A stretch of DNA of 20,000 bases from an uncultured virus (IMG/VR IMGVR_UViG_3300024507_000487) (IMGVR_UViG_3300024507_000487), one strand, 5' to 3'; counted from the first letter of the stretch, positions 1-8,231 are shown. The notes: generated by a model not told the origin, from the letters alone. Numbers and translations are program-made.

Positions 1-24
1 AACAAGAAGCATTTTTAAAAATTG

Positions 25-1266
25 CTAAATAGATATTTCTCCTGGTATTCTTATATCGTTTGATATTTTTAATAAGTCCGCTTTAACATATAAGATGTTG
101 TGAGTTTTATGCCATTCTGTTGGGAAGAAATTTTTAATTCTATTTAATTGAAATCTTACTGGTGTTCCAATATATTTTGCGGTTTCTGCTTTAGTATAAT
201 ACCAAAAACTATTACTATTCCAAAAACTTATATGAGTTGGATCTTGAAAAGCTCCTCTTCCGTCAGTTGATGGAGTTTGTGTTAAAAACCATCCCAAAGG
301 AGATAAGCAACGATAAGCTTCTTTCATAACATGGATTGGGTTTTTTAAATGCTCTAATGCATCGTGCGCCCTTATAACACCAACAGAATTGTCTTCAAAA
401 GGCCAAGGATTATTTAAATCGTGTACGATATTTCCGTTTTCTAGATCAACAGATTTATATCCAGCAGGACTATTAAAACCGCCACATAGATCTATTTTTA
501 AAAGACCGTTTAAGTCTGACCATTTTTCTGCTAATTGATATATATATCTATCGTGTATATTTAGTGTTTCCTCTTGAATAAAAGCGTTTTTCTCTCCATA
601 ACATGTATTTCCTTTATGCCTATAATATATATAAAGACATTTATCCAAGTGTTTTACATTTCCATGTATATATGTTCTGCAAAGAATGTCATGATCATCT
701 AAGACATCCATTTTTTCATTATGTCCACCGATTTTCTCATAAAAAGATTTCTTCCAAGCTCTAACATGATTTGGTGCAAACCATATTTTTGAAAAGCAAG
801 CTGCTGAAGGTTCAAAAGAAATCAATTCTAAAAGTTTTTTTCCATTATATTCAAATGGTCTATTTCTCCATCCATATACATCAGAATAAACAAATGGTTT
901 TCCATTAAAGTCTATCTCTGCACAATTTGAGTAAACAAAATCTATAGATTCAGATTCATTAAAACACTTATGCAACTCTTCTAAACAATCTGGAGTTAAT
1001 TCATCATCGTGATCAACTTCGACAATAACATGACCTTTCCCAGCCATTGACGCTTCTTTTTTAAATAAACCTATTAGTTTTGAATCTGGTTTGGATGAAT
1101 TTATAATTCTTGGTTTTAAACTTAAAGAATCCAAATCAATAGTAGCATTGCCATTTGGTAAAACTACCCATTCAAAATCTTTAAAAGCTTGATTTGCTAA
1201 AGACCTAGACAGTCTTGGCAAATATTGTCCATTATTCGTAGGTGTTACTATTGAAAAGTATGGCAT
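25..1266 (-). CDS. Glycosyltransferase family 2 fused to a C-terminal class I SAM-dependent methyltransferase-like domain
   Basis: N-terminal FSIVTPT...SLANQ...FEWVV, DxD-type VDHDDEL and DDHD are GT-A fold motifs. C-terminal IDLCGG...HDLNNPWPF...DALEHL...DPTH is methyltransferase-like. Start placed at ATG 1266 (TAATG overlap with upstream stop). Confidence 0.85.
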   Translation of the reverse strand: MPYFSIVTPTNNGQYLPRLSRSLANQAFKDFEWVVLPNGNATIDLDSLSLKPRIINSSKPDSKLIGLFKKEASMAGKGHVIVEVDHDDELTPDCLEELHKCFNESESIDFVYSNCAEIDFNGKPFVYSDVYGWRNRPFEYNGKKLLELISFEPSAACFSKIWFAPNHVRAWKKSFYEKIGGHNEKMDVLDDHDILCRTYIHGNVKHLDKCLYIYYRHKGNTCYGEKNAFIQEETLNIHDRYIYQLAEKWSDLNGLLKIDLCGGFNSPAGYKSVDLENGNIVHDLNNPWPFEDNSVGVIRAHDALEHLKNPIHVMKEAYRCLSPLGWFLTQTPSTDGRGAFQDPTHISFWNSNSFWYYTKAETAKYIGTPVRFQLNRIKNFFPTEWHKTHNILYVKADLLKISNDIRIPGEISI

Positions 1267-1880
1267 TAGTTCCAACTCCGTTCATCTAATATGTTTTCTT
1301 TTGGTTTTAAGTCGATTACTTTTGCTTCTTTTATTGAATCAAATGGTATAAAAATTAATATTTTTCCATATTCATTTGTATCTTTTCCTTCATCTATCTT
1401 AAAACAAACCTCAGACAAATTTGAATTTGATTTTAAAAATTTACTTTTTGTCGGTTTTAATTTAGCCTCTTTGTATATATTAGCAACGCTTTCTATTGTT
1501 TTTTCATTAATAGAATTTTTTGCTATTTCTTTAATCTTGCTCGTTTCTGCAACAATTATCTTTGTCTTAGATGAATTTAAACAAATATAAAAATCCGCTT
1601 TTGTCCTTACATCTCTACCAGGAACATTTTCAAATTGATTGTTTTCTCTTGGTATAAATTTCCAACATTCATAAATTATGTCAGATTGGTTATCACGACA
1701 TTTAAATTGAGCAGTTTTATTATATTTATCACACCTATAATCAATCATTGATTCTTTATCTTCTTGTAATCCCACTTTTTTAAAATTATATCCATATCTA
1801 TGATTCAGATACTTAGCTACATATTCTGCTAATTCATTTCCTTTTTTTATTCTATGCATTATTTTTTCTTTGTTAATCAT
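1266..1880 (-). CDS. Hypothetical protein, possible PD-(D/E)XK-like nuclease fold
   Basis: 204-aa ORF; E...IDY...AQFK(C)R resembles a D...QxK active-site variant; weak. Confidence 0.45.
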   Translation of the reverse strand: MINKEKIMHRIKKGNELAEYVAKYLNHRYGYNFKKVGLQEDKESMIDYRCDKYNKTAQFKCRDNQSDIIYECWKFIPRENNQFENVPGRDVRTKADFYICLNSSKTKIIVAETSKIKEIAKNSINEKTIESVANIYKEAKLKPTKSKFLKSNSNLSEVCFKIDEGKDTNEYGKILIFIPFDSIKEAKVIDLKPKENILDERSWN

Positions 1881-2289
1881 TTATATCCATCTTTTCTAAG
1901 TATTCGTTTCTAATATCTGTAAATGACTTAATCATTTCTTCGGTATTCATTTTTAATTCTTTTTTCTTACGCAAAGAAAATTCTTCTAATGTCTCTTCAT
2001 CCTTGTTTAAAAGTCTTACAAAGTCTTTAGATTCATTTTTTGGTGCTATTTGAATAACCGTATCATTTGTGCCGTCTGCATTTAAAGTAAATCTTTTTCT
2101 TACCTCTAAATTTACATATGGATTTATGTTTATAATATCTCCGCCGTTATCAATTATTTCAGATACAATTTCAAAATCTTCATCGTCTGAAAAACCTATT
2201 AGTTCTTGAAATTTTTCTAGAGGTATTAAAACCAAAGAACCGCTGGTTGTACTAATTTCGCTGTGTAGATCAGATCTTAGAGACTTCAT
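1873..2289 (-). CDS. Hypothetical protein
   Basis: 138-aa ORF with AGGAG/GAGG RBS upstream; overlaps the next gene. Confidence 0.7.
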   Translation of the reverse strand: MKSLRSDLHSEISTTSGSLVLIPLEKFQELIGFSDDEDFEIVSEIIDNGGDIININPYVNLEVRKRFTLNADGTNDTVIQIAPKNESKDFVRLLNKDEETLEEFSLRKKKELKMNTEEMIKSFTDIRNEYLEKMDIND

Positions 2290-2346
2290 ATTCCTCTCCT
2301 TAAAAATTTAATCATAAAATAAATAAACACACCAATAGAAATGCCT

Positions 2347-2922
2347 TTAATAATATTTACAATTAAGAGTATCATTAACTGCATTAATCGTTTCAGAAAG
2401 TATTTGCTCCATACTCTTTTCTTCGATTTTCCTACAAATATATTTACCGAGACACCATGCTTGATTTACTTTTAAATGATTTGGACTGTGCATTAAAAAC
2501 GGCTCTATAGTTTTTGATCTGTTTGTCAAAATTATAATCATTTTTAAGTTATCATTTGAATTTTTAGAATAATCAATTAATTCTTTTGCAACACTAATAC
2601 ATGTTTCATCATCAAAAAAAATATCATAATTATTCAATAATATTGCATGATCAAATCCATAATGACACGATTCTTTTATAATAGAAACAATATCTTCTAA
2701 TGATTTTTCCAAATTCAAACAAGTTTTTTTATTTTCAGTAATTATTAAATTCTTATTATTCAAAAACTTTTCGCATACATCTAAAAAATATTTTGATATT
2801 AAATAGTTATTTGATGTAATAAACAAAATTTTTGATTCAGTAATTTTTAATTCTGGTTTTAGTTTGCATTCATCGCTTTTGTTTTCTATAAATGTTTTTA
2901 ATTCATTTAAAAACTGAACCAT
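2347..2922 (-). CDS. Hypothetical protein
   Basis: 191-aa ORF in a tightly overlapping minus-strand run. Confidence 0.65.
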   Translation of the reverse strand: MVQFLNELKTFIENKSDECKLKPELKITESKILFITSNNYLISKYFLDVCEKFLNNKNLIITENKKTCLNLEKSLEDIVSIIKESCHYGFDHAILLNNYDIFFDDETCISVAKELIDYSKNSNDNLKMIIILTNRSKTIEPFLMHSPNHLKVNQAWCLGKYICRKIEEKSMEQILSETINAVNDTLNCKYY

Positions 2923-3331
2923 CGGTATTCTCCATACATGTAGGACAAAATATTCTTTTTATAAATCTGTAATCATCTACTCCGCTATCCATTAAAAAAG
3001 TATGCCCACATTCTAATTCCGCTATCCACTTACCAAATTTTTTTAATTTAAACTTTTTAACCTTTTCATTTGCTGTTACGACAAAAATTTTTTTATCTTT
3101 ATACATAATTGTCATTACAAAAAAAATTAACTCCTCAAAAAATGGTATTGTAACAATATGATTATTTTCTGTTTTTTCTGTCACCTTTTTTATATTTGGA
3201 AAATTTTCTTTACATAAAACACTAAGCAATGTTTTCCAAGAACACTTTAATTTTTCTTTTTCTCGTTTAGCTGTATCTCCAGCTATAACATAAAACTTTT
3301 CGTTATTTAATTTGAAAAAAACATTTTTCAT
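2903..3331 (-). CDS. Hypothetical protein with C-terminal Zn-binding motif (WIAELECGH...CPTC; DUF3565-like)
   Basis: CxH plus CxxC ligands in the translation. Confidence 0.6.
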   Translation of the reverse strand: MKNVFFKLNNEKFYVIAGDTAKREKEKLKCSWKTLLSVLCKENFPNIKKVTEKTENNHIVTIPFFEELIFFVMTIMYKDKKIFVVTANEKVKKFKLKKFGKWIAELECGHTFLMDSGVDDYRFIKRIFCPTCMENTDGSVFK

Positions 3332-3615
3332 TATTCACACAAAAGAAAAAACTTATCATTTTCAAACAATGGTTTTAGTCTCATGTCATTTCCAAATGTA
3401 TCCTCTAATATAACAATGCATTTTGGCATAAAAAGGTATTCTTTTATATACTCGCTTTCTAATAATAATGGTAAACAATCATTATAATCATTAATTTTTT
3501 TTAAAAACTTTCTTTTCTTTACATTATCACAACCGATGTATTCTATCCAAACATTAAAAAAATATGACATGGCTATTTCAGTTTTGGTATTTGTATGATG
3601 CTTTCCAAATCCCAC
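3331..3615 (-). CDS. Hypothetical protein (true start possibly downstream of 3615)
   Basis: 94-aa ORF; stop overlaps the next start (TAATG). Confidence 0.55.
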   Translation of the reverse strand: MGFGKHHTNTKTEIAMSYFFNVWIEYIGCDNVKKRKFLKKINDYNDCLPLLLESEYIKEYLFMPKCIVILEDTFGNDMRLKPLFENDKFFLLCE

Positions 3616-3923
3616 CCCATAATATATCTATTCTTAGCAAAGAAGTAATCAAGATTATTTTTTTTACAAAATTCAACGAATGTTATTATTTCGTCTTTGT
3701 ATTCTACCCATATTGTAGTTTCTTTATTAGCTTTGTTTTGTTTAATAACAGAGTCTTTTTTGTAACATCCACAACTTACAGTTCTTCCATTCATTATGTT
3801 GTTTAAATAAATAATTTTTTCTTTTCCACAATCACATAAAACTTTAACCATCTTGCAAATCTGTCCAGATGGCATTTTTTTAGATTCTACTTCTTCTAAT
3901 ATTGTAAGTCTCCCTACCTTCAT
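3573..3923 (-). CDS. Phage homing-endonuclease-associated protein (GRLT...CDCG...SCGC module), no nuclease core visible
   Basis: GRLTILEE...VLCDCGKEK...GRTVSCGC and C-terminal VEYKDEIITFVEFC...RYIMGW typical of phage HNH/AP2 proteins; GGAGGA RBS supports start at 3923. Confidence 0.65.
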   Translation of the reverse strand: MKVGRLTILEEVESKKMPSGQICKMVKVLCDCGKEKIIYLNNIMNGRTVSCGCYKKDSVIKQNKANKETTIWVEYKDEIITFVEFCKKNNLDYFFAKNRYIMGWDLESIIQIPKLK

Positions 3924-4134
3924 TAAATTCCTCCGCACAACTGTCACACATTTCTATCCAACTGTCACCTAATATACTATTCGCCTTATCTATCTTATTT
4001 ATATTTAAAATTTCATTGCATATTTCACATTTCATATTTTCTTTTAAAGAACAATCAAAACATTGCCATTCTATGGTACTTTCTTCTAAGTAAATATAGT
4101 CTGGAATTTCTTCATTGCATGTTTTGCAGTTCAT
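3880..4134 (-). CDS. Small Cys-rich protein with four CxxC motifs (two Zn fingers)
   Basis: CKTC, CFDC, CEIC, CDSC; AAGGAG RBS. Confidence 0.7.
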   Translation of the reverse strand: MNCKTCNEEIPDYIYLEESTIEWQCFDCSLKENMKCEICNEILNINKIDKANSILGDSWIEMCDSCAEEFNEGRETYNIRRSRI

Positions 4135-4147
4135 TATAGCTCCTTAA

Positions 4148-4174
4148 AAGCTTAAAGGGGGCTTTCGCCCCCTT
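4148..4174 (-). terminator. Probable intrinsic terminator
   Basis: Minus strand AAGGGGGC-GAAA-GCCCCCTT followed by TAAGCTTTT, 10 nt after the stop of 4185..4412. Confidence 0.75.
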
Positions 4175-4184
4175 CTTGCATTTA

Positions 4185-4412
4185 TTAACGACAACGAAGC
4201 TTAAAAGCACGATGCCTTGAACTGCATCCGCCAGAACCACAAGAGTTCTGAACTACTTCCTGCTTTGTTGAAGTTTCAGCCTTCTTTTCTACTACTGGAG
4301 CAGCAGCAACACCGCAACTTCCATTAGAGCAAGAAGAACCACCACGAAGCCTGATACCATCCAAAGTCTCAGAACTCGTAGCAATGGCAATAGCCATAAC
4401 AAAACTCAACAT
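4185..4412 (-). CDS. Small secreted Cys/Gly/Ser-rich peptide (75 aa)
   Basis: GGAGGA RBS before ATG 4412; hydrophobic N-terminus; two CxxGxC motifs; basic tail. Confidence 0.7.
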   Translation of the reverse strand: MLSFVMAIAIATSSETLDGIRLRGGSSCSNGSCGVAAAPVVEKKAETSTKQEVVQNSCGSGGCSSRHRAFKLRCR

Positions 4413-4468
4413 GATACTTCCTCCTAAAGAAAAAACAACGATTAGCAACACACTAACCATCTACTCTT

Positions 4469-4496
4469 TTATTCGACAACCAAGACAAAAAATTAA
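4469..4496 (-). promoter_or_regulatory. Putative promoter TTAA-N17-CGAATAA
   Basis: Recurrent motif; shares TCTGTTAAT with the copy at 19912-19939 at identical spacing. Confidence 0.65.
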
Positions 4497-4577
4497 CAGA
4501 TTTATTTTTTTTATCAATATCAGCTATGACTATTTTAAAAATAAAAATATTACACATCTTAACATTTGATAAGATAG

Positions 4578-4742
4578 TTAATCTTTTTCTTTTTTATATT
4601 TAGCAACTGATTTAATTTCTGCTGCTTTATTATACCTATCTTTACACTTAGGGCAAATTCTATAATAAATTGGATTTTGTGATAAAAATTCTTTATCGCA
4701 CCACCCTAAACACTTTGTCATCCTTGCATTTTTTTTAAGCAT
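4578..4742 (-). CDS. Small Zn-finger protein (54 aa; not in ORF track)
   Basis: Hand translation MLKKNARMTKCLGWCDKEFLSQNPIYYRICPKCKDRY...; AGGA RBS. Confidence 0.65.
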   Translation of the reverse strand: MLKKNARMTKCLGWCDKEFLSQNPIYYRICPKCKDRYNKAAEIKSVAKYKKEKD

Positions 4743-4752
4743 GATTGTTCCT

Positions 4753-6033
4753 TTAAAAGATATCTAGAGGTTTTCCTTCTGTAATAGCCATGGGTCGTCC
4801 AATGTTGTCTCTAATTTGAGCAGATAGATCCATATCTAAAGCTTTATAAACAGTAGCATATACATCGCCTATTGAGCATGGCTTATCCTTAATGTCTAAA
4901 CCATCTTTGCTAGTAGAACCATAAGCTTGTCCACCCTTAATGGAACCTCCGCCTACTACTATAGACCAACATCTTGCCCAATGATCTCGTCCACCATTTT
5001 GATTAATCTTAGGTGTACGACCAAATTCGCCCATCCATAAAACTACAGTATCTTTCCAAAGACCAATATCGTTTAGTTCTTTTACAAGGTTTCCAAAACC
5101 TTTATCAAGCCGAGGGCCATTACCATTCCTAATAGTAGAAAAGATATTATTATGATTATCCCATCCGCCGAGATCCACTTGAACACAACTAACTCCCTTC
5201 TCAATTAATTTTCTTGCAAGAAGGCATCCCATGCCAAACTGATTCATCCTACCGCCATAAGCATCTATAGTCGCTTGGCTTTCGTTCTTTATTTCAAATA
5301 CAGTTCTAAGTGGCGAAATAGTTAGATCAAATGCTTTACCATATATAGAAGCATGTGATTGTGCGACATTACCTAAACTTTCTCTGTCTTTTGCACCTTT
5401 TACATGAGGCATTATCTTTGCAGCAAACTCATCTTCTATTCCGTAGAATAATCTCTGCCTTCTTCTAAGACGCTCTTCTTCATTGCCAATTTCTGATGGT
5501 GGCTTTATATTTTCTGGAGGAACGCCAGGATTTTGCACAACAAAAGGAGTGTACATTGCGCCAAGGAATCCTGGCCCAATGCGTTGTGCAGTTCCACCAA
5601 TTCCAATAAAATTAGGTAATGGCAACTCTTTAGAGCCAATCATAGAAGATACAACTGCGCCCATAGCTGGATATTGCACTACTGGGTTTGGTTGCTTGGC
5701 CGTATTCATTAAGAATGTGCCACGCTCATGACTGCCTTCATTAGTAACCAAAGATCTAATAGCCACCAAGTGTTTGAACTGTTCAGCAACTGTTGGCAAT
5801 ACCTCACTAATCTGCACTCCGTTTGCAGAAGTTTTGATCTGTTTAAAGTCTCCACCAGTTGATTCTCCTGTCTTCAAATCCCATAAATCCATATGACTTG
5901 GGCCACCACTCATCCAAAGCACAATGAGTCTTTTTCCCTTTTTCTTTATGGTTTCTTGCTGTGCATATAGATTAGATACTAATGCAAGAGAAGCAAATTC
6001 TGTTGTATGCTGTAAAAAGTGTCGCCTGTTCAT
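4753..6033 (-). CDS. DUF1501 domain protein with twin-arginine (Tat) signal
   Basis: MNRRHFL Tat motif; LWMSGGPSHMDLWD, GCLLARKLIEKGV, GGWDNH, GEFGRTPKIN, GRDHW are DUF1501 hallmarks. Confidence 0.92.
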   Translation of the reverse strand: MNRRHFLQHTTEFASLALVSNLYAQQETIKKKGKRLIVLWMSGGPSHMDLWDLKTGESTGGDFKQIKTSANGVQISEVLPTVAEQFKHLVAIRSLVTNEGSHERGTFLMNTAKQPNPVVQYPAMGAVVSSMIGSKELPLPNFIGIGGTAQRIGPGFLGAMYTPFVVQNPGVPPENIKPPSEIGNEEERLRRRQRLFYGIEDEFAAKIMPHVKGAKDRESLGNVAQSHASIYGKAFDLTISPLRTVFEIKNESQATIDAYGGRMNQFGMGCLLARKLIEKGVSCVQVDLGGWDNHNNIFSTIRNGNGPRLDKGFGNLVKELNDIGLWKDTVVLWMGEFGRTPKINQNGGRDHWARCWSIVVGGGSIKGGQAYGSTSKDGLDIKDKPCSIGDVYATVYKALDMDLSAQIRDNIGRPMAITEGKPLDIF

Positions 6034-6224
6034 TTTTTATCCCTCGTTGTATTGATAATTTCATTTCTCATAATTTTAAAATCTTTTGGAGCATTTATTT
6101 TTACTTTTGCTTTATTTATGCTTATCTTATCTGCAAGAAGTGTTATTACTATGTTTCCAGATGGAGTGAAAATAGTAAAAGACTCTCCAAAATTTCTTGT
6201 AAAAACTAAATTCCCTGTTTCCAT
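6030..6224 (-). CDS. csrA: Carbon storage regulator CsrA/RsmA family RNA-binding protein
   Basis: LVFTRNFGESFTI...KVKINAPKDFKIMRNEI matches the CsrA pattern LxLxRkxgEsixI...vrigIxAPxxvxIxRxEi; AGGAG RBS supports start at 6224. Confidence 0.85.
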   Translation of the reverse strand: METGNLVFTRNFGESFTIFTPSGNIVITLLADKISINKAKVKINAPKDFKIMRNEIINTTRDKK

Positions 6225-6238
6225 TTTATCTCCTATCT

Positions 6239-6301
6239 TGGTGGGCGGTTTGATCAACAAGATCACGCAACTTATCCCACCACGGTAAATTGCTACCGCC
6301 C
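6239..6301 (-). ncRNA. Putative tRNA-like structured RNA, copy 1 (63 nt)
   Basis: GGGCGGU/ACCGCCC 7-bp closing stem + A-CCA; internal hairpins GCAAUUUA/UAAGUUGC and UGAUC-UUGUU-GAUCA. Confidence 0.65.
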
Positions 6302-6305
6302 ATAA

Positions 6306-6524
6306 TTATTTGTTAATAGAATCCAATATAATTTTAATTGAATCAAGCTTAATGTTTAGTTCTTTTATTCTATTAGTAAGTTCCTTATTTTCATCTTTTA
6401 AGTTATTATTTACTATTTCAAAATCCTTGTTATCTATTTCTAGATCTTGCAACTTTGTTTTTAATATAGCTAAATTGATTTGATCTTCAGACTTTACAAA
6501 TATATTCTTAAGAAACTTGAACAT
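6306..6524 (-). CDS. Hypothetical coiled-coil protein
   Basis: 72 aa, heptad pattern, AGGAGG RBS. Confidence 0.7.
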   Translation of the reverse strand: MFKFLKNIFVKSEDQINLAILKTKLQDLEIDNKDFEIVNNNLKDENKELTNRIKELNIKLDSIKIILDSINK

Positions 6525-6554
6525 AAATCCTCCTTGAGTTAGGGTTATATTAGT

Positions 6555-6582
6555 TTATTCGACAATAACTACTTTTCATTTA
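6555..6582 (-). promoter_or_regulatory. Putative promoter TAAA-N17-CGAATAA
   Basis: Intergenic copy of the recurrent motif, about 30 nt upstream of ATG 6524. Confidence 0.65.
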
Positions 6583-6684
6583 GAACTTCTTCCATAGAGT
6601 ACATAATTAAAAAATAAATTATATACCAAATCAACAGTTCTATATAAGGTCTATATTCCATAGCGTATATAAATACGCCATATA

Positions 6685-7326
6685 TTAAAAGCCATTAGTC
6701 CAAATATAAGAACGAAAATCACCATACGCCCAAATAAGTTTAAATCCTTCTAGTTCTTTTTCGCACAATGGATATTGTACACCGCTGAGAGAAAGTTCTT
6801 TGTATACAACTTGTTCAAGAGACTCGCCATTTTCTAATTTATTTCTCCAAGTAATACGATTTAAGGCAGTACCAAGATAGCCACCATGAGGCATCATTTT
6901 TTCTAAAATTAAAAATGCTCCACCATTCTTACATTTGTGTTTAAGTTTTTCTATAAAGTCAGTTCTTTTACTTGGATGAATAAAGCACAATGCTAAAATA
7001 CTTGTTGCGAAAGAAAACTCTCTTATACATATATCTAGCATGTCGCCTATTATTAGACTTTGATAATCACCAATATAGTACGGTTCCATTTCTTGACATT
7101 TTTCAATAGCATAAAACTCAATATTTCTTTCTTTTATTTTATCTCTTAATGCTAATCCAACATTGCCTGTACTTGCCCCAAAATCATATACCACACTATC
7201 TGGTTCCATATATACAGATGCAATTTCTGGCAAGAAATGTCTTAAAAAATCTTCATGCCAAAATAATTGACCTTTAATGTGTTCATTAAAAGTTGGCGCT
7301 GCTTTTGCAAAATCAAACATGATCAA
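6685..7326 (-). CDS. CmoA-like SAM-dependent enzyme (carboxy-SAM synthase-related class I methyltransferase fold)
   Basis: FDF...F.EHI..QL, VYDFGASTG, LCFI...R, GGAFLILEK, KLENGES..QV..K..SLSGV align by eye with E. coli CmoA along the full length. Confidence 0.75.
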   Translation of the reverse strand: MIMFDFAKAAPTFNEHIKGQLFWHEDFLRHFLPEIASVYMEPDSVVYDFGASTGNVGLALRDKIKERNIEFYAIEKCQEMEPYYIGDYQSLIIGDMLDICIREFSFATSILALCFIHPSKRTDFIEKLKHKCKNGGAFLILEKMMPHGGYLGTALNRITWRNKLENGESLEQVVYKELSLSGVQYPLCEKELEGFKLIWAYGDFRSYIWTNGF

Positions 7327-8231
7327 TCCTTAATAGTTTCCTTATGATATTTATTTAAGCATTCCGCAATATATTTAACTGAAGGAACATGCATTCCACA
7401 ATATTTATACTTATCTGTATCTGAGGCATTAGTTAAATGCCAATCATCGGGAAAACCCATCAGTCTAAGTCTTTCTGTTGGCGTTACTCTTCGTATATTT
7501 CCTTTAGACACTACTAAATCTGTAAAAGATTTATAATCTCTTTTAGTTAATGTGGAGGATACTCCGCATTCATCAAATTGATCACTTCTTTGGCGAGTAA
7601 AGTAGGCAAAGGCTTGTTCCCTTTTTTCGCTCTGCTCAAAATACCACTTAAAGCTTTTTTTGACAGACTGTACTTTTCGTTCACATTCTGTTGTACTACG
7701 CTCTCCAAGTTGGAAGATATCGGCGTTGGCGGAGATTCCATCACGGACTCCGAGAATGTAAACTCTGCGTCTTCTTTGTGGTGTTCCGCAGAATTGTGCA
7801 TCAATGGTCGTATAAGTCGCATCGTACCCGATTTTGGCAAGGTCTGAGAGAATTGTGTTAAGCCCTCTTCTAAGGAGCATAAAGACATTTTCAATGACAC
7901 AATATTTTGGTCTGACTTCTGTGACTGCTCTAAAGAATTCTTTCCAGAGAATAGATCTTTTTCCATAAATACCGTCCTTTGTTTTACTTGCTATAGAAAT
8001 GTCTGTGCAAGGAAATCCGCCCACGATCACATCAAACTGATTTGATTGATATGTTATTTTTGTAACATCGCCAAAGTTTGGTATAGATGGAAAATTCTTT
8101 TTTAATACTTCGCTAGGATATTTGTCTATTTCTGCGTTGGCTGTTATTTCGTAATTACCAGCTTGTTGAAAAGCCAGAGAAAAACCACCAATACCAGCAA
8201 ACATATCATAAACTTTTAAAGTTTCTTCCAT
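7323..8231 (-). CDS. DNA (cytosine-5) methyltransferase family protein
   Basis: Motif I DMFAGIGG, IV GGFPC, VI ENV, VIII PQRRRRVY, IX-like RRVTPTERLRLMGFP; motif X lacks the canonical GN. Confidence 0.93.
   Translation of the reverse strand: MEETLKVYDMFAGIGGFSLAFQQAGNYEITANAEIDKYPSEVLKKNFPSIPNFGDVTKITYQSNQFDVIVGGFPCTDISIASKTKDGIYGKRSILWKEFFRAVTEVRPKYCVIENVFMLLRRGLNTILSDLAKIGYDATYTTIDAQFCGTPQRRRRVYILGVRDGISANADIFQLGERSTTECERKVQSVKKSFKWYFEQSEKREQAFAYFTRQRSDQFDECGVSSTLTKRDYKSFTDLVVSKGNIRRVTPTERLRLMGFPDDWHLTNASDTDKYKYCGMHVPSVKYIAECLNKYHKETIKD
7547..7966 (-). CDS. Nested alternative-frame ORF, putative second (beta-like) polypeptide of the methyltransferase
   Basis: 139 codons open inside the MTase gene; AAGGA 8 nt upstream of the ATG; C-terminal KYSLSKKALSGILSRAKKGNKPLP. 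Confidence 0.6.
   Translation of the reverse strand: MEKDLFSGKNSLEQSQKSDQNIVSLKMSLCSLEEGLTQFSQTLPKSGTMRLIRPLMHNSAEHHKEDAEFTFSESVMESPPTPISSNLESVVQQNVNEKYSLSKKALSGILSRAKKGNKPLPTLLAKEVINLMNAEYPPH

Noticed and set aside
1232..1259. CGAATAA site inside the GT2 gene
   Set aside because: No TAAA-like element at the 17-nt spacing and no nearby downstream start.
6225..6266. Longer N-terminus of csrA given in the ORF track
   Set aside because: It overlaps the structured RNA; the RBS and family alignment favour ATG 6224.
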